From NCBI GenBank assembly GCA_012295275.1, contig CM022672.1:20150001-20214000 (forward strand): a stretch of DNA of 64,000 bases, in the 5' to 3' direction. This document shows positions 39,768 through 55,137 of this stretch, piece after piece. The notes under the pieces are model-generated. The model saw only the letters and a list, made by a program, of their open reading frames with translations, was not told where the DNA came from and did not search any database. Each line of letters begins with the position of its first letter. Position 1 is the first letter of the stretch. A program made the position numbers and the translations under genes. Source of the DNA: Chrysomallon squamiferum (lineage: Eukaryota; Animalia; Mollusca).

Positions 39768-40875
39768 ATGGACTCAACATTATTAAAACAATGCACACTA
39801 GGCATTGTTTGCTAACTGAAATTATATCATTTTAAAATAAAGTAGAAGCAATTATTTTATTAATACAAGTATTAAAAGTGTTACTCTACTGCACCAGAAC
39901 TATATAATTAATGATCAGTTGTAAGCAGTTATAGTGTTTGTTTTTATATTTAAATGTTTATATTTTAAAGCAGATATTGTTTTTAAAGCGACAATCATGT
40001 ATTTGTGAAATTACTGAATTGTATGGGATTTGAATGACAGACAGATTCAATGTTCAAGGCTAGATTAACTCAGTTTACTGCATCTGTACACCATTAACAA
40101 AGTGAAACATAATAACAGATACAAAAATAAACATCTAAGAAACTTATTAATAAGCTAAAATAATTAAAGACTATTTACCAATTTAAAGCTCTGGTCAAAT
40201 ACATATACAATGCACTTATTAATGAATGAATATATATTCTGTATATAACTGTATTTTATGGCTAAACACATTTTGTTTTTATGAAAATTTTAAATAAATC
40301 AGTATATATACAATAGTGTTTTTATTTTTTTAAATCTAACAAATTAGCCTTATTTACTACCCAAGGTTGTGACCGACATAACTGAATTAATGAAGAATAT
40401 TTATTTTGAAACTATACACTTATCCCTTCAAACAAAAAAAAGCCATTAAGGTAATAATAGCATTTTAATCCTGTATTTTCATATGACTAACAAAAACAAC
40501 CAAACCATAAAACTAATTACGTTTGACCCAACCAAGTTGAACCTTCTCAAGTTTACTTCACTTATGATACGCCATCTCAACACACATGCTTTGTGTATGC
40601 TGCCAACAGCTACTGAACAATGACTGTCAAAAATGGTATCATAAGTATCAAATGACATGCACATATAAATGTAACAGAATTAATTAAAAAAACACACAAA
40701 AACAAAACAACACTTAATGAAAGACAGAATAAACTACTATATTTGATAAAATATGTGAAAGGCTTGATGCACTCATTAAACATGGACTTAACATTATTAA
40801 CAAAATGCACACAAGGCATTGTTTGCTAACTGAAATTCTATCATTTTACAATAAACTAGAAACAATTATTTCATA
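39768..40875. repeat. Pair of ~95-nt direct repeats about 1 kb apart
   Basis: CATGGACTYAACATTATTAA...GGCATTGTTTGCTAACTGAAATT.TATCATTTTA.AATAAA.TAGAA.CAATTATTT occurs at ~39768-39858 and ~40781-40871. Confidence 0.8.
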
Positions 40876-43748
40876 TCATTTTATTTTGCACTCATTAAAC
40901 AGATTCATGGAACAGAAACCATATTTATTGATTTATGTAGAACCAGTTTTGTTAAGTTAATGACCAGTGAACCGTGAATACAACAAATAAATGGTGGAAC
41001 TAGCAATGCATACAATGTCTATTATCTAAAAGAAGAAAAGATTAGTACTAGTTTTGATTTTCCATACTCTCAAATAAAAAGGTGTTATAAATAATGCACA
41101 AATACTGTTAATCAACTATCTGAAAGTAAATATAAAATTTTAACAATAACTGATTTAGTGTCTAATGGCAGAGAGAAATGACTAATAATGAATGTCTGAT
41201 ATAAAAATCATGCAAAAGTGACTATATCTGTGCCAACAGAAAGAGAGCTATATACACAAAAATAAATTATATAATATTTATGATATTATTGTTTGTGTGG
41301 TTTAACCTGCAAACATAATAATACAGTCTCTTAGAATCATGTTTTTTCTGTATTTTCAGAGCTAATGATAGAAGTTTTAGAATTGAGTAAATTATAGAAG
41401 ATGGAAACTTGGTGATAACCATATGAGATTGTCATGAAATACAAGAACTGCACGGTATAATCTGAGCTAATAGAACTTACAAGTGATATTACCCACTATC
41501 ACTATACTCTTCAGTGTCCACTACCAAATTCAGGTGTGCAGTAAACATGGATATAAAACATTTGGTTTAAGCTTTCAACTACCAGACATGAAATATGTTG
41601 AAGCAGTAACGTTCTTATAGAATCAGATAAAAATTATTGCCAAAAATAAAAATCAGAATAAAACTGATATCCTTTTTCCTTTTCCTATTTAATATAGCTA
41701 CAGTATAGCTTCAGTTTAATGCTATCCCCCACCACCCTCAATTCTGAGCCAACATTGCATTATGCCAACTTTCTTTCAGGTATTGTTTCTATTTCTTTAT
41801 AAATTATTTGATCTTCTGCCACTTTTGCCTTCCACTAACACGCTACTGTGCATAACTCCATTTAGCCATCATAATCCCCTCAATGTCATTACCAACAATT
41901 CAGTTTGAAACTGACCTTTGTGAAGTAATTACCTATTGATTTGTGAAAAAATAAATATTATAACAACATTTCTCTGGCTGTTGCTTTCGTTGTTGTTGTT
42001 ATTAGGATTATTATAAGTATCTTAATTATTTTACTAATTCATTGTAACATCAGGTTCCTATCATACAAGGCTGACATTTAAACTGAAGTTACATGATAAA
42101 AATTTGTTTAAAAATTTGAAATTTATGGACAATTCTTTGCAAAATATTATTCAGAGGATTATGGAAGACTTACAAAGTTTTACTCTAGTATTTGTCTGAG
42201 TCATTAATTCTAATCCAGGATGCAGTTTATTAACCACACCTTCATCTAGTGTGTTCATAGAACCATTATAAAACAAACACAACAAAAAATAAAATATATT
42301 TTTACAATAATGCACACTAAACAAATAATAAACTGTAATCATTATCATTAGTTTCATATTTGCTGATAACAATATCATTGGTTAGTTTTTTACATCATAT
42401 CAATGATATGAAATGACATATGGTTTGCCTTTAGTAAAGAAATTATCAAATGAAGTATGAATAGAACATAATGTAATTCGAAAAATTCTAGTAAAACCAC
42501 AAACAATACTTCTCACCAATTAACTGATTATGCTTTTCCTTCTAGATTAAAATTAAAAACAAATTATAAATTAGAATTTTTTATTTAATATTATTACTAT
42601 TATATCATTTTTTAGAATTATTTTTTTGGTCTAATTGAACAAATGTTAAAATAGTATCGCGGTAATTACAAGATTTCACAACAAAATATTTCTGTATTGT
42701 TTTATTTGTACAGACTGACTACTAGACACAAATTCATCAGTAAAACAGAAATAGCCTACAATGTATTCAAGCTTTTATTTTATTGTTCTAGAAGTACTTT
42801 TTAATGACAATAAAACATGAAAAAAGAAAATGAATAATAATAAGAAAAAAAGTATGAAAGAAAAAAAAACAAACATTTTTTAATTATAAAAATCAGTCAT
42901 GTTGTGAGACAAAAACCAAAAATTGTCAGTTACAAAGTGAAATTTGAAGTTCAGTACACAGACATAAATATTCATGCATGGTATAGTATAATACAAACAC
43001 TTCAGGAATATAAAATGTAAAGCAATAATAATCTTTTTCCATCACCTTTGACAATTTAGAATGGAATAACAGCTTTGTAGTTTTCACAAAATACTTTGTT
43101 AATTTGACATGTTTATCAGCTACTGTGACCTGACCTTGACCATCTGGTGTGGGTAAAACCTGCCTTCTGTACACAAAATATACTGCCTGACTATAATAAA
43201 AACAAAATGTTTCTTCCCACCCAGAACAAAAAAAATATATATATATATTTATATACATATATATAAAAGTTAAATACAAGTAGATATTCCATAAAAGATA
43301 ACTAAGAAAAATTGTACTTACATATAAAACAATGTATATAACAATGCAAAAATAATTATCTAAAGGGTATAAAAAAAAAAAAAAAAAAAAAATTAAAATT
43401 ATTTGTTATCATAAAAAATAAAAAAAAAATTACATGAGTAACATTTAGATACCAAAACAAAAAATAAAAAAATATATAAACAAACAAAATCAATTCTACC
43501 ATTTACTTGATGAATAAATTGTTGTTTTTACTGCTTATTTCATTACAAATTTAATAACTAAATAAATAAAAAATAGAGAAAGACTTCCACACTGTCATTT
43601 TATTTTATTTTCAGATATCTGACATTACACAATATCATATAATATTTGATGTCTATATTTTTTTTTTTTATTCATTAAATTATAACTGAGCCACTGAGGT
43701 TAGAGATAAGATAATATTTAAAAAAGAGTATTTCCAACTATAGGCACA

Positions 43749-43830
<82 letters not shown>

Positions 43831-45125
43831 TAATAATAATATAAAAATAAAAACAAGCCAAAAAAACATACTATTTCAAATCTGAAGCATGATCATCTCA
43901 TCTCTAGTTTGTACATGGAGGATAAATTCAAACATTAAATTAAAATTCTGATATGTCATACATAAACATATATTTGTGTAGAAAAATGAAATATAGTACC
44001 TTGATCAATCACAAATACCTAAATATTTAGTTTCTCTAAAAAATAAAAATTAGCAAATAAATAAAACTGGTGTTTTTTTGTTTTTTTTATCTCCATAGAC
44101 AATTTTTTATTTATTATTATTACTTTTTTTTTTTTTTTAAATTAAAGGGTGCAAAATGAAAGACAGAGAACAAAGATTAACAAATTCATTTTATAAAGCA
44201 GAATAATGACAGGACAATTTGATCAATATTGAAATAATCAAGACAAATTATATAACTATACTGAATAAGTTTATCCTATGACAAATGTAAAGTAAACCTC
44301 TAAGTTTGACAGTGTGTGTTAGTTAATTTATTTTCTTATATAATATTAGGGTTTTTTTTCTTTTTCTTTTTTCTACATTTTACATATTAATTTTTTAGCA
44401 CATTTGTATGAAGAAGTGATATCAGAACCAGACTTTTTATTTTTTTTTTTTTTTTTTTTTTAAGTCCAATTGCGATGACTCAAAAGCATATTATGTGTAC
44501 ATAAAAAAAAAATGATACAAAAATAGTTTAGTATAAATTTGGGGCATTTATTATTATTCTTTTAATATAAAATAACAGTTCACTGAATAACTAAATTAAA
44601 ATACTTTGCTGGCTTTTAAATTGTCACATCAGAGCTCACAATTACAACCCATATTACAAAATATTTTATTTTCAAGTATCATGGTTGACATTTTTAACTT
44701 AGGTTAAAAACCAAATGTATAATATATTAAAAATATCATTAACTGAATCTTATTATGGATAAACTTTTATATTTTAAGTACATAAGTATTTAATTTAAAA
44801 AACTAAAATTGAAAGTTGAAAAAACATTAACAGAACAAGATAGAAAGTAATAACTATATTCTGAAACACAATTTAATTTATGACTTGTTTTAAATAATAA
44901 TTTGTTATTTAAAAAAATACAGAAAATATTTTCTGCTGACCACCTTATCATTGGGTAAACAGTCCTACAATCAGCTGTGATGTATATTATACACACACAC
45001 ACACACAACAGCTATTCCAAAAACGAACTAATTACACTAATAATAAGACAACATTTAATACATTCAGATAAAACATTCAAACTAAATATTTAACTAAAAG
45101 AGCCACAATTTTACACAAATCTTAC

Positions 45126-45242
45126 CTGCAACTGTTGTCAGGCCGGTCACATGGAAGCCATTGGAATTGATTCCTCTCTCCGCTAATCAATCCCAGGTTG
45201 CTCTATTTCCTCACTGTCCTACTTGAAATCCGGGTTACTGAC
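45126..45242 (-). other. Candidate 117-nt 5'-UTR exon of IVNS1ABP containing a uORF
   Basis: CTCTTTGTTGCAG|GTCAGT...TTGCAG|GTAAGA, in a GC-richer island within AT-rich DNA. It contains ATG GCT TCC ATG TGA. Confidence 0.6.
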
Positions 45243-48200
45243 CTGCAACAAAGAGAGCTTGCCAGATTTGTAAAAGCTGTAGCCAGTGACCTCTCTACCA
45301 GTATATTTGTGCATGCACACACACACACGAAATGCAGTCAACCTGTAAAACTCACCAAGAAAGTAATCTTGGTGAATGTTGTCATAGACCTTAACAGCAA
45401 AAATAAAAAAAAAATAAAAAAAATGATAATATCTATGTAATATTTTTCAGCATCATTTCAAAACTATATGATGTTCTTTACAAAGGAGATAAAAAAAAAT
45501 GATTAAATAATTAAATCTATGTAAATGATGATAAAATCATTCAAAATATTTTATGATACTGCTTTACTTATTACAGGTTTAGTGAACAATATCACAGATG
45601 TCTAGAGGTTATATACAAGGATACAGGATGTACTATAAGGCACTTGTAATTAAATTAAATATATGGTGAAGAAGAATGTTAACAGACAGAAAATCTGTTA
45701 TCCTAATAACAGAAAGTGTATCACCCGAACAGATCATCAGATGGGCTACATATTTAAGAAAGAGGGGAATAGAAAAAAAGTAAATAGGTCATTAGGACCA
45801 TGAGGAGATATGAAAATTGCCTGTAGGCAGTTATTCCAGTTTTGGTACAAGCAAATGTGATTTAACACTATTAAAGAGTGAATCATACACTAATAATTGA
45901 CCAACAATAACCTAAATTTAATGAATAAAACAAAAACAAGAACAAAACCATGAAATACAATTTAGTAAATAATGTGATTTACATAAATGTAGGGTAATGG
46001 CTAGTAATATTTAAATCGTATAAAAAGTAATAATGGCTAACAATCAAATATAAAACTTCAACTTTTCACTTATCACTTTTGTAGAATAAAAGCAGGAAAT
46101 ATTTACTTGAAGAGTAGATTTGTTTGTTTAGTTTGCTTTCACTGTTAGGAGAATTTTTTTTAAATTAGATAGGCCTATAAGTCCACTGAATTTTCTTTTC
46201 TTTAAGCAATAGCTGGCATCATAAGACACTGATAAATTAAAGAAACCATTTGTTTATCTCTGATTAGTTTGTTGGAGTTATATCATGCTATGGGGTTACT
46301 ATTGATCCATTATTCATAATTGAGACACACTAAGACAAAACTGAGGTTTAATTAAAGTTGCAAAGGTAAGTTATTTAATGGAGAATACTTTCAGAGAGTG
46401 AACTGAACACACACACATATTTTTTAAAATAATAAATCTACAATCCATAATTTATTTTGAGCATATTACAATTTCTGACAAAGAAGGTCGTTTTATGTAA
46501 TGTATAATGTATGTCATAATTACTTTGATATCAATGAGCCCATCATACTTTGGACTGTAGAATAATCAGAGAGATGAACATACAATTTCTAGGACATGCA
46601 ACAGATGTAATCTGAACAAAAAAATGAACCCCACCTGAAACACTACTGTAAACAGAAAAACATAATATAAATTATCATGACATAAAAGATACAGACATAT
46701 TAAAATTATTTGTAAATAACTGAATGCTGAAAGTAGCAAAGAATGTAAAGGAAAGGGCTATTTAAACATATATAGATTAATAAATCAGAGAATATGAATT
46801 AGATTCAAATGACTACTTCTTACAATAAACTAAAACCATTTATCAATATGCTTGTATTTACAGATTAATTTAGTCATTTATAGATATAACAATTACTAAC
46901 AAAATCGTGCTTAATATTACAACTAATAATCCTGAATATCATCATCATTTAAAGGTGAGTTAAGTTACATGTATGAAAGTAGAAAGTGCTAAATCTTTAA
47001 GTTTTTAACATTCTGTTTTTAATTAAAAATCTGTTTATATAATTTTATTAATATATTGGTATTAACATAACTTTTGACTTATTGTAATAAGTTCTTAATA
47101 TTTAATTTTTTTCATGACTAAAGATTTGATTTGATAAGACTTGTATAGCACAGTTTATCCTGAATTAAGTTACATCTAATACAAATTGTACTAAATTACA
47201 TAAAGCAGGAAGCTTACTATTACTTACAAAAATACCTAACCATAAAAATTCCTGATTGTTAGTATATTACTGTACATGAATCAGTTGTAAGATTATGATA
47301 AACACTGTTTTTGAAAACTAACAAACATTCATAGTTTTAAACAATAATGGATATTTCAGAAATGACCAATATCCTTTCAAATACAAATATATATAAATCA
47401 TTAACAGTTAATTATTTTAAAATTTTTATCTATATGACACTTAATTTACATTTTTGTGACATTATTTTTATTCATTTTTACAAGCCATACTGTTCCTTTT
47501 CTATGGTGAAGACAGGATTTCTATATCTTGCATCCTTAACAAAGGTTGCAGATGTGCACCTAGTCAGTCTTAGATAAATCAGAAATGAGCAAAACCAGTG
47601 TATATACATACATCTTCAGCTTAGCAAAAACTGGGACATAAACACAACAGAACATTCACCAAAAAAATTAAATAATTAAATGATACCCTAGTACATTCAA
47701 ATAATTTACATGTAATAACAAAAAATCTACAAATGAAGTATGGTAAAACAGTTGTATCTTGTAAGAATTGCAGTAGTTAATCATTAATGACAACATAAAT
47801 ATGGCTACAAGAAGCATCAAATGAATCAATTGGTAAAACAAATATATTTTTTTTTTTTTTTTGTATGTGACCAAATGAAAAATAATTAATACTGCGGTCA
47901 AAAAATATCTTTTCACCATCTTTTCACTTAAATCAAATAAATGAATCATAAGATACCAGTACCTTTATAAAATAAAATAACTTTTAGATACATTAATGTA
48001 ATCACACTCTGACAGTTCAAATAAGCAAAATGTTTTATATGAAATACATTCACTGGAATAGCAGTGAAAGTACTGATAAGTGCATGATTTTCTTTGCTAT
48101 AGTGTCTGCATAATAATACTGCATCATCTGGTGAACATCTGGTCAAGAACATTATGTGAGATTATGCCAGCAATGTTGTTACTTGTAGGTAGATATGATT

Positions 48201-49983
48201 CAAGTAATCAAATATATCTGTGTGCTTCCAAATATCTAAAGATAACCTTGGAGAGAACATCCCATTCAGAAATGAACGTGCCTATGTGAACAGAGACTTT
48301 TTATGATAGTACATAATTGTGAAAATGTGTTTCTCTGCTACTCCAAAATTGTTAGTATCACTGTTACTTGCATTTGTATCAGTTGCAATTATCTTTTGTT
48401 TTCATTAAGTATGGAAAAGCTTTATCATATATAACAAATGTACAAAAATAATATTCTTCACATAAAATTCAATTTTTATTTTATATTTTCTTAACATTTA
48501 AACATTAATTTACATTTTCATAAATAGATATAATCTTATAAATATTTTAAAAAAAAAGAAAAGAAAAAAATAATAATTTAAAAGCTATCACTGTAGGTTT
48601 TCTCCCCATCCCCATATACACATATTACTTGAAATATACATTTTATTAAGGCTTTTTTTCTTTTCTTTTTTTGAGAAATATTATTTTATTGAAATACATT
48701 ATTATCTATGATCTTACACCATCTAAAAAATAAAATAAAATAGTAACTTGGAAGTTCAAAAAGTGTTATTAGGCCATTAATTCATTGTACCACAGGTATA
48801 CTTTAAGCAACAATGGCCATATTACTTAACAAAACAGCTGAAGTGTCTTTAGAAATGTATTTTTCAGTAATTAACAATTCACACACACAAAAAGAAAAAA
48901 AAAAAAAAAAAAAAAAATCATTTATGTAACTAAATATAATTATTATATAAACATATATTGTTTATTGCATATAAATTCATGTAACTGACTGCATTAACAT
49001 AAGATGCAAATAAAATGTATTTTCCCAAAGCTTCATGTATTCAAAATAATCTTTCTTTTGTACCTAATCAAATATATTTTAGTAAATATATTCATTTTGT
49101 TTTTTCTGCATTTATAAATAATTGTCTGTGTCACTTTAAAGTACACTTTAAATTTTTATATATTTTATACAAAAAAAAAAAAACTTGATTTAAATTAATA
49201 ATAATAATAATGATACCAATTTTAATTTTTAAATATTTGTTTACAGTACCATAACCATTCTCATGCCTCAACAACCCTACACCTAAACAATAATACTGAA
49301 TTAGAGATTTTCAGCTGATAAGTGGAAACACATACTCAAACAATATTGTTATTTATCTTTAATGATCCAAAGATACTGTGGATATATTGGACCAAAATTA
49401 TCCCTCTGGTTAACTCACAGAAACCTAAATCTGACAAAAATACTGATGCTGCCTTGCACACAACATTTTTTTTTGTAAAGTCAGAACATGCATATAAATC
49501 ATTATTTTGTTAACAACAGAAGCAAACAAAAGCAAACAAAAGCCACACGCAACACCTACATTTATCACCATATTATCTGTATATCAGTTTTGAGTAGAAT
49601 ACTTCTGTAAACATTTACATAAATGTTTATGGAAATACACTGGCATATAGCCAATGGTTTTAATATGATTTTGTAAAATACAATGGGTCTACCTGTTTGT
49701 ACACAAATATCCAATTTAAGGGTGACTTAGATCCTTCAAAAGGTACATAAATAGTAGTCAGCTAAAATAATTTGCTTTATATTATTATAGGACTAGGAGA
49801 TCAGATAAAACTCACTTAAACCAAATATATATTATGAGATAAAAAACAAAAAAACATTTACAGTAAGTTTATGCAAGAATAAATATGATCTTTAAATTCA
49901 AGGTGATTTAAAGAAAAAAAAAAAAAAAAAATAGATAGTTAAAAAACATACAATTTACATAAATTATGACTAATGAAATTTCA

Positions 49984-50015
<32 letters not shown>

Positions 50016-50319
50016 ATCCATTTTATATTTTGGATATTTTTTTAGTGCTCTTTATACTGGATTTGTTCTCTTTTTTGAAGTCTGACCAGTTTAACAATAT
50101 CTTTTGTAACATGAATATAAATTACAATACTGAATCATTCAGTGAATGTAACTTATAATTATTATCAATGTGGCTTTACTAACACAAAATGATAAATATT
50201 CCTTCATACACGTACATACAAAAAAAATGTCTGATTATATCGTTAAACAATAAATAAATATATAATTTACTGCTGCCTGTATGATGTATCTATGTTATAA
50301 TTTTGTTTATCAAAGTGTC

Positions 50320-51690
50320 ACGAGTTGTCTGTCCATTATGGATTCAGTGGTTACCCCATCGTGACCATATTTCATGGGTTAATATTTAAAAAAAAAAAAA
50401 AAAAAAAAAATCAATTATTACCAAACGGCTAAATACAGCCTATTGTTTTTCGTTTAAATTATTAAGCAAAATTACCGTTAATTTGTTTCACGACTAATAG
50501 TTTATGGTATGCTTCGAACATTCGGTAAATACTATTTGTCTGACGCACACTTTCTTCTTTTATATAGTTTTCACTTGTTAATTGGGAGCATCGTTATCCA
50601 ACTGACCGAAACAACCGTATTTTCGAGAAACCCATACCTTATGCGGCTCTTTCTTTTTTATTTTATTTTATTTCATTAATAGTTTTCGGTTTCCATCGTG
50701 TTATTCGAGCTGATTACCTTTTTACGATTAGATAAAATGCAAAAACACCAAAACACCACAAAATAAAACAACCAGTAATAAATGAATGAAAAATGTAGGA
50801 AGAACTATTTTATTTTGCGACCATACATATTTAACGGATATAAAGCGTTAATGATTATTCATATAACGAGAGATGGAATGGGCTGTCGCACAAACACACA
50901 AAGAAATACAATTTTAGTTACTGCCTTAAAATACCAGCTTAGTACGTTGAATGCGAGGCTCTGCCGAATCGCTGTTTAGTCATTTGTAATCGTTTTCATA
51001 AAACCTTCTCAGTTTATCCTTTATGTTAATATGCACGAACAGTCTTACAATCGTCTTGTTGCTGTGTGAGGCTATCGCGCGTATTAGCTTGTATGCTTAT
51101 GTGATTATTTGTTGGTTAGTGTAATTGTAGTTACAAGGATGCCCAAAAGAAACATAAAGATACAATGAATGCAGCTACATTAACAAATACATCATCATCC
51201 CTATGATTACATAAAAGAACAACAACAACAGTAATAAATAAATAAATAAATAAATATAGCGTATAGGAATGTATGCATCTATTAGTATAAACAATCGAAA
51301 TAATGCTTAAAGTATAGAGCTACATTTTTTATGCTAAAACGGTAAGCACCAGGTGACATTATATAAAACATTTTATCACAAATATGTCGGTATGTGGGTT
51401 AATATATGTATGTATGTATTATGTGTGAGTAAATATTAATTATTCTCTGTTTTAAATATCGTAATGTACATATACACATGAACACGTACTGATTAACAAA
51501 TCTGGGTATTACCATGTAGCTTGCGTTTTCGTGACGTAGATTTACATCAGGTATTTCCAGACCCATGAAAAAAAAAAAAAAACACGAAGAAACCAAAAAA
51601 CTACAGATGTGAAAATATCTTAATCGTGTATTTGGCTTCGAGCCAGTGTGTTAAACTCTTGTTTGTAAGAAAGCCGACTGAAGACGAAAA
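50320..51690. promoter_or_regulatory. Probable divergent promoter region for IVNS1ABP (-) and the first PLAAT gene (+)
   Basis: CpG dinucleotides rise abruptly from ~50.3 kb. Minus-strand donor-like sites occur at ~50637 (AAG|GTATGG) and ~50717 (AAG|GTAATC). The PLAAT ATG is at 51691. TSS positions cannot be determined from sequence. Confidence 0.45.
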
Positions 51691-53209
51691 ATGACATTAC
51701 TTATTACGAGGTACAACGTATCTCATCTTGAACCAGGCGATTTAATTGAGTTTAAAAGAGGTGTATATTCCCACTGGGCAGTTTATAAAGGTAACTATGT
51801 CATATACATCTGTGTAATAATTTTATTTACTTCTATTATTATTATTGTGTGCGTAAAGTGATCGACTTTTCTCACTTTTCCCGATGGGCCATACGGTGTT
51901 GGGTAAATCATTTGTTTGCTGTGGTAGTTGTAAGGTTAATTGTAATTAGGTAAAAGTAAATATTTGACGACAACGTGAATCTGATTTTGTTATAACTTCG
52001 ATAGCAAGTTTTAGTTATTCTCCCAGGTGATGAAGAAGTGGTTCACCTAGCCGGAGAAGACGGAGACGGTATCAACAGCAACGTACAACATTTGTTCTCG
52101 ATTGGAGGCAAACTATATAACAAAGCCTGTGTCAGGATAGACAACATTTGGAAAGCTGCTGCAGGGAATAAAACCTACAAGAACAATGCTAATGACCACA
52201 AATTAACGTGAGTAGATCAAAATAAGGGTTTTCTAATAAATATAATTTTTTTTTTTTTTTTTTTTTTTGATTCTTAAATTTTATTGTTGTTGTTATTGTA
52301 TTTAAAAATAAGGAATATGTATTTGGTATAAATAAATGGGATATTTAAAATTTAGATCAGCCTTGAGATGTACGATGAAAGACCCTTCTCGATTTTTGAA
52401 ATATCAGTTTATATTATTTTCTTAATAGGTTTTAGAGAAGGGAAGTTTCAGAAAGAAGGATTTTCATCGTTTTGTGTATTATCTTTTATTAACCAAAGTA
52501 TAACTAATTTATTTCATTTTATCTATTTTTTAAATATTTATCTTCATCATCTGAGTTACTGAATTTGCATTTCAGACCGCTACGAAAACAGGATATTGTC
52601 GAGAGAGCGGTATCTAAACTTGGAGAAGTTACATACAATATTATTTATAAAAACTGTGAACATTTCGCTAACTGGTGTCGTTATGATACTGAAAAAAGTG
52701 GACAGGTAGATAAACGTAATCTATACATATCCAATCAACGTGACGTGATAATAATGCATTATACAATCGATAAAACATATATTTAAATAACTTTGATTAA
52801 TGATATGAGTAAAGGGAACCAAAATAAAATAAGAATCTGCACAGAGGACAGATTAAACAATTAAAAAGGTATGTATATTAAATTGTATTGATACAGGCCA
52901 GTTGTACATTACACCCTGTCATAATAACAGTTTACCATACTCGTCCATAAAGGCAATGTCATTCAAAAACATTGGTACCCCGCCTGATTGAACGATTTGG
53001 TTCTCCTGTTAGCTTTTTCCTTCTCCCTTTAATTACCAAGTGTCAGGTCTTTTAAAACAACTCCATGTCTTTAAAAACAACTCCATGTCTTTTAAAACAT
53101 GCGGACGTCGTAGAAAGATAAATTTGTTACGCAATCTGAATTCCGTGAAAGTTTATTTCTTTATCTTATTTTATTTTATTTACTTAATTACTTATTCATT
53201 CATTAATTC

Positions 53210-53240
<31 letters not shown>

Positions 53241-53419
53241 GTTTATTTGTTTATTTCATTAACAGTATTTTATTTTAGCGGTATTTATTATGTTTTCAGG
53301 TGGAAAGTTTTGCTACTGGTGCCCTTGTGGGTTTAGCAGCGTTAGCTGCTGTTGGTTTTGCCTCCTACATGTTTAGTGGTTCTGATAAAGAAAAGAAAAG
53401 CAGAACACAGTCGAATTAA
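51691..53419 (+). CDS. PLAAT/HRASLS-family phospholipase A/acyltransferase (LRAT-like permuted NlpC/P60), 176 aa, intact (copy A)
   Basis: Exons 51691-51790, 52027-52207, 52576-52705 and 53300-53419 are phase consistent (531 nt). Motifs PGDLIEFKRGVYSHWAVY, VVHL and YNIIYKNCEHFANWCRY give a complete His-His-Cys triad. The hydrophobic C-terminal segment is GALVGLAALAAVGFASYMF. Confidence 0.93.
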
Positions 53420-53887
53420 TATTTCCAGCTTCCAGTTTCAGAAGAAAAACGAAGAAGAAAGACTAAATTAAACATTTTTATCATCTTTAGAAGCAAAATA
53501 AATGTTATACGATTTGGTTTTTCATGAAAAATATTTTATAACTTTATAATATTTTATAAACTGTGACATTTAAATGGTACTAAATAAATGTTATTTTTTG
53601 GTATTTTGGTTTGTTTTATATATATATACATATACACATAATATTGTAAACAAGTAGTATTATTAATCATTGGAAAACAAAAAATTTAAAGTTTTAAAAG
53701 TATATAAAGATTTAACAATAGAATAAAAAGAACCTACACTTTTTTTTTTTTTTTTTTTTTTTAAATCAGTATAGGTTCAGTTTAAAAAGTGTTTTTATCT
53801 TTTCCAGCAATATTTATATTATTATTGCTATGGCTATTATTTTTGTTGTTGTTATTATTATTATTATTATTATACTGACTGTTTATT

Positions 53888-53928
<41 letters not shown>

Positions 53929-54693
53929 TTTAGTAGTAGTAATGGCAGAAGTAATGGCAGTAGTAGCAGCAGCTGTAGTAGTAGCATCAGTATAGTAGTA
54001 GTAGTAACAGCAGCATCAGTAGCAGTAGTAGTAATTTTATTTACTTATTTATTTATTTATTTATCATATTTCTGATGTCATTGTTGTGGCCAGTGGTGTT
54101 TTGTTTAGACGGTTAACTGAACTTTCTCGAAAGAATTGTTTTCCAAGAATTGGGTTTTTCCAGTTTTTCTTTACATAGTACACAATACAAACATGACATG
54201 AATGCTGTCACGTTCAATAACAATTCATTGAAAACAAATTACACAGGCATCTGATTGAAACTTTATTATTATTATTATTATTTCTTTGTTAAAAATATGA
54301 TAATTTGTTTATTACTATTATTATTATTATTAATAGAAATAATAGCAGTAACTTGTATAGCCAGAAACTTGTATAGCATATAAATGTTAAAAGAGAATGG
54401 CATAATAAAATAAATTAATAATGAACAAAGAAGCTGTTTTTATTTTAAAATGTTTAAACATTTTTCTCTGTAAGCATTATCACAGATACCAAATGCATTT
54501 GTGTACAAAATACATAATTTATTATCTGACTGAAATATCTCAAAAATAGAAATTTCTAACGTCTTCAGTGAGTGATTAAATTTTTTTATATTAGCTAACA
54601 GTCAACTATGTCTTGAACAGCAGAGGTTTGATTACTTTACCGACATAGGAGTTTTGATGGACTGAAAAGACAGCCCTGTTACAAATATGTAAC

Positions 54694-54730
<37 letters not shown>

Positions 54731-55137
54731 TGCATATTGTTGGAAAAGATTAAAAAAAAACAACAACTTTTAAACTGAATCTATACTGATTAAAATAAAA
54801 AGTTAGTTACATTATTTATTGTCAATACGCCATATATGTTGTTTTTTTCGATGACTAATAATTCTACTGTACTAATTATAACTAGCGACTATTGTTTACA
54901 CTATTATATAGATATAAAACAAACCAAAATATCACAAATAACATTTATTTAGTACCATTTATATATAACAGTTTATTCCCAATTTTTATATATTTTTCAT
55001 GAAAAATCAAAGACTAAATTAAAGCTAAAATCTAATCCTGTAAAATTTGTTATGCTTCTAAAGGTGATAAAAATGTTCAGTTTAGTCTTTCTTCTTCGTT
55101 TTTCTTCTGGAACTGGAAGTCGGAAATATTAATACAT

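Noticed and set aside
43126-43141. TGACCTGACCTTGACC nuclear-receptor half-site cluster
   Set aside because: A short motif with no conservation or functional evidence available.
53830-54075. Hydrophobic poly-Ile/Leu/Val ORFs here and at 59016-59920, plus Tyr/Ile/Cys-Val ORFs at 10656, 12433 and 15429
   Set aside because: They are translations of (ATT)n, (GTT)n, (CTT)n, (TA)n, (TG)n and (TATG)n microsatellites.
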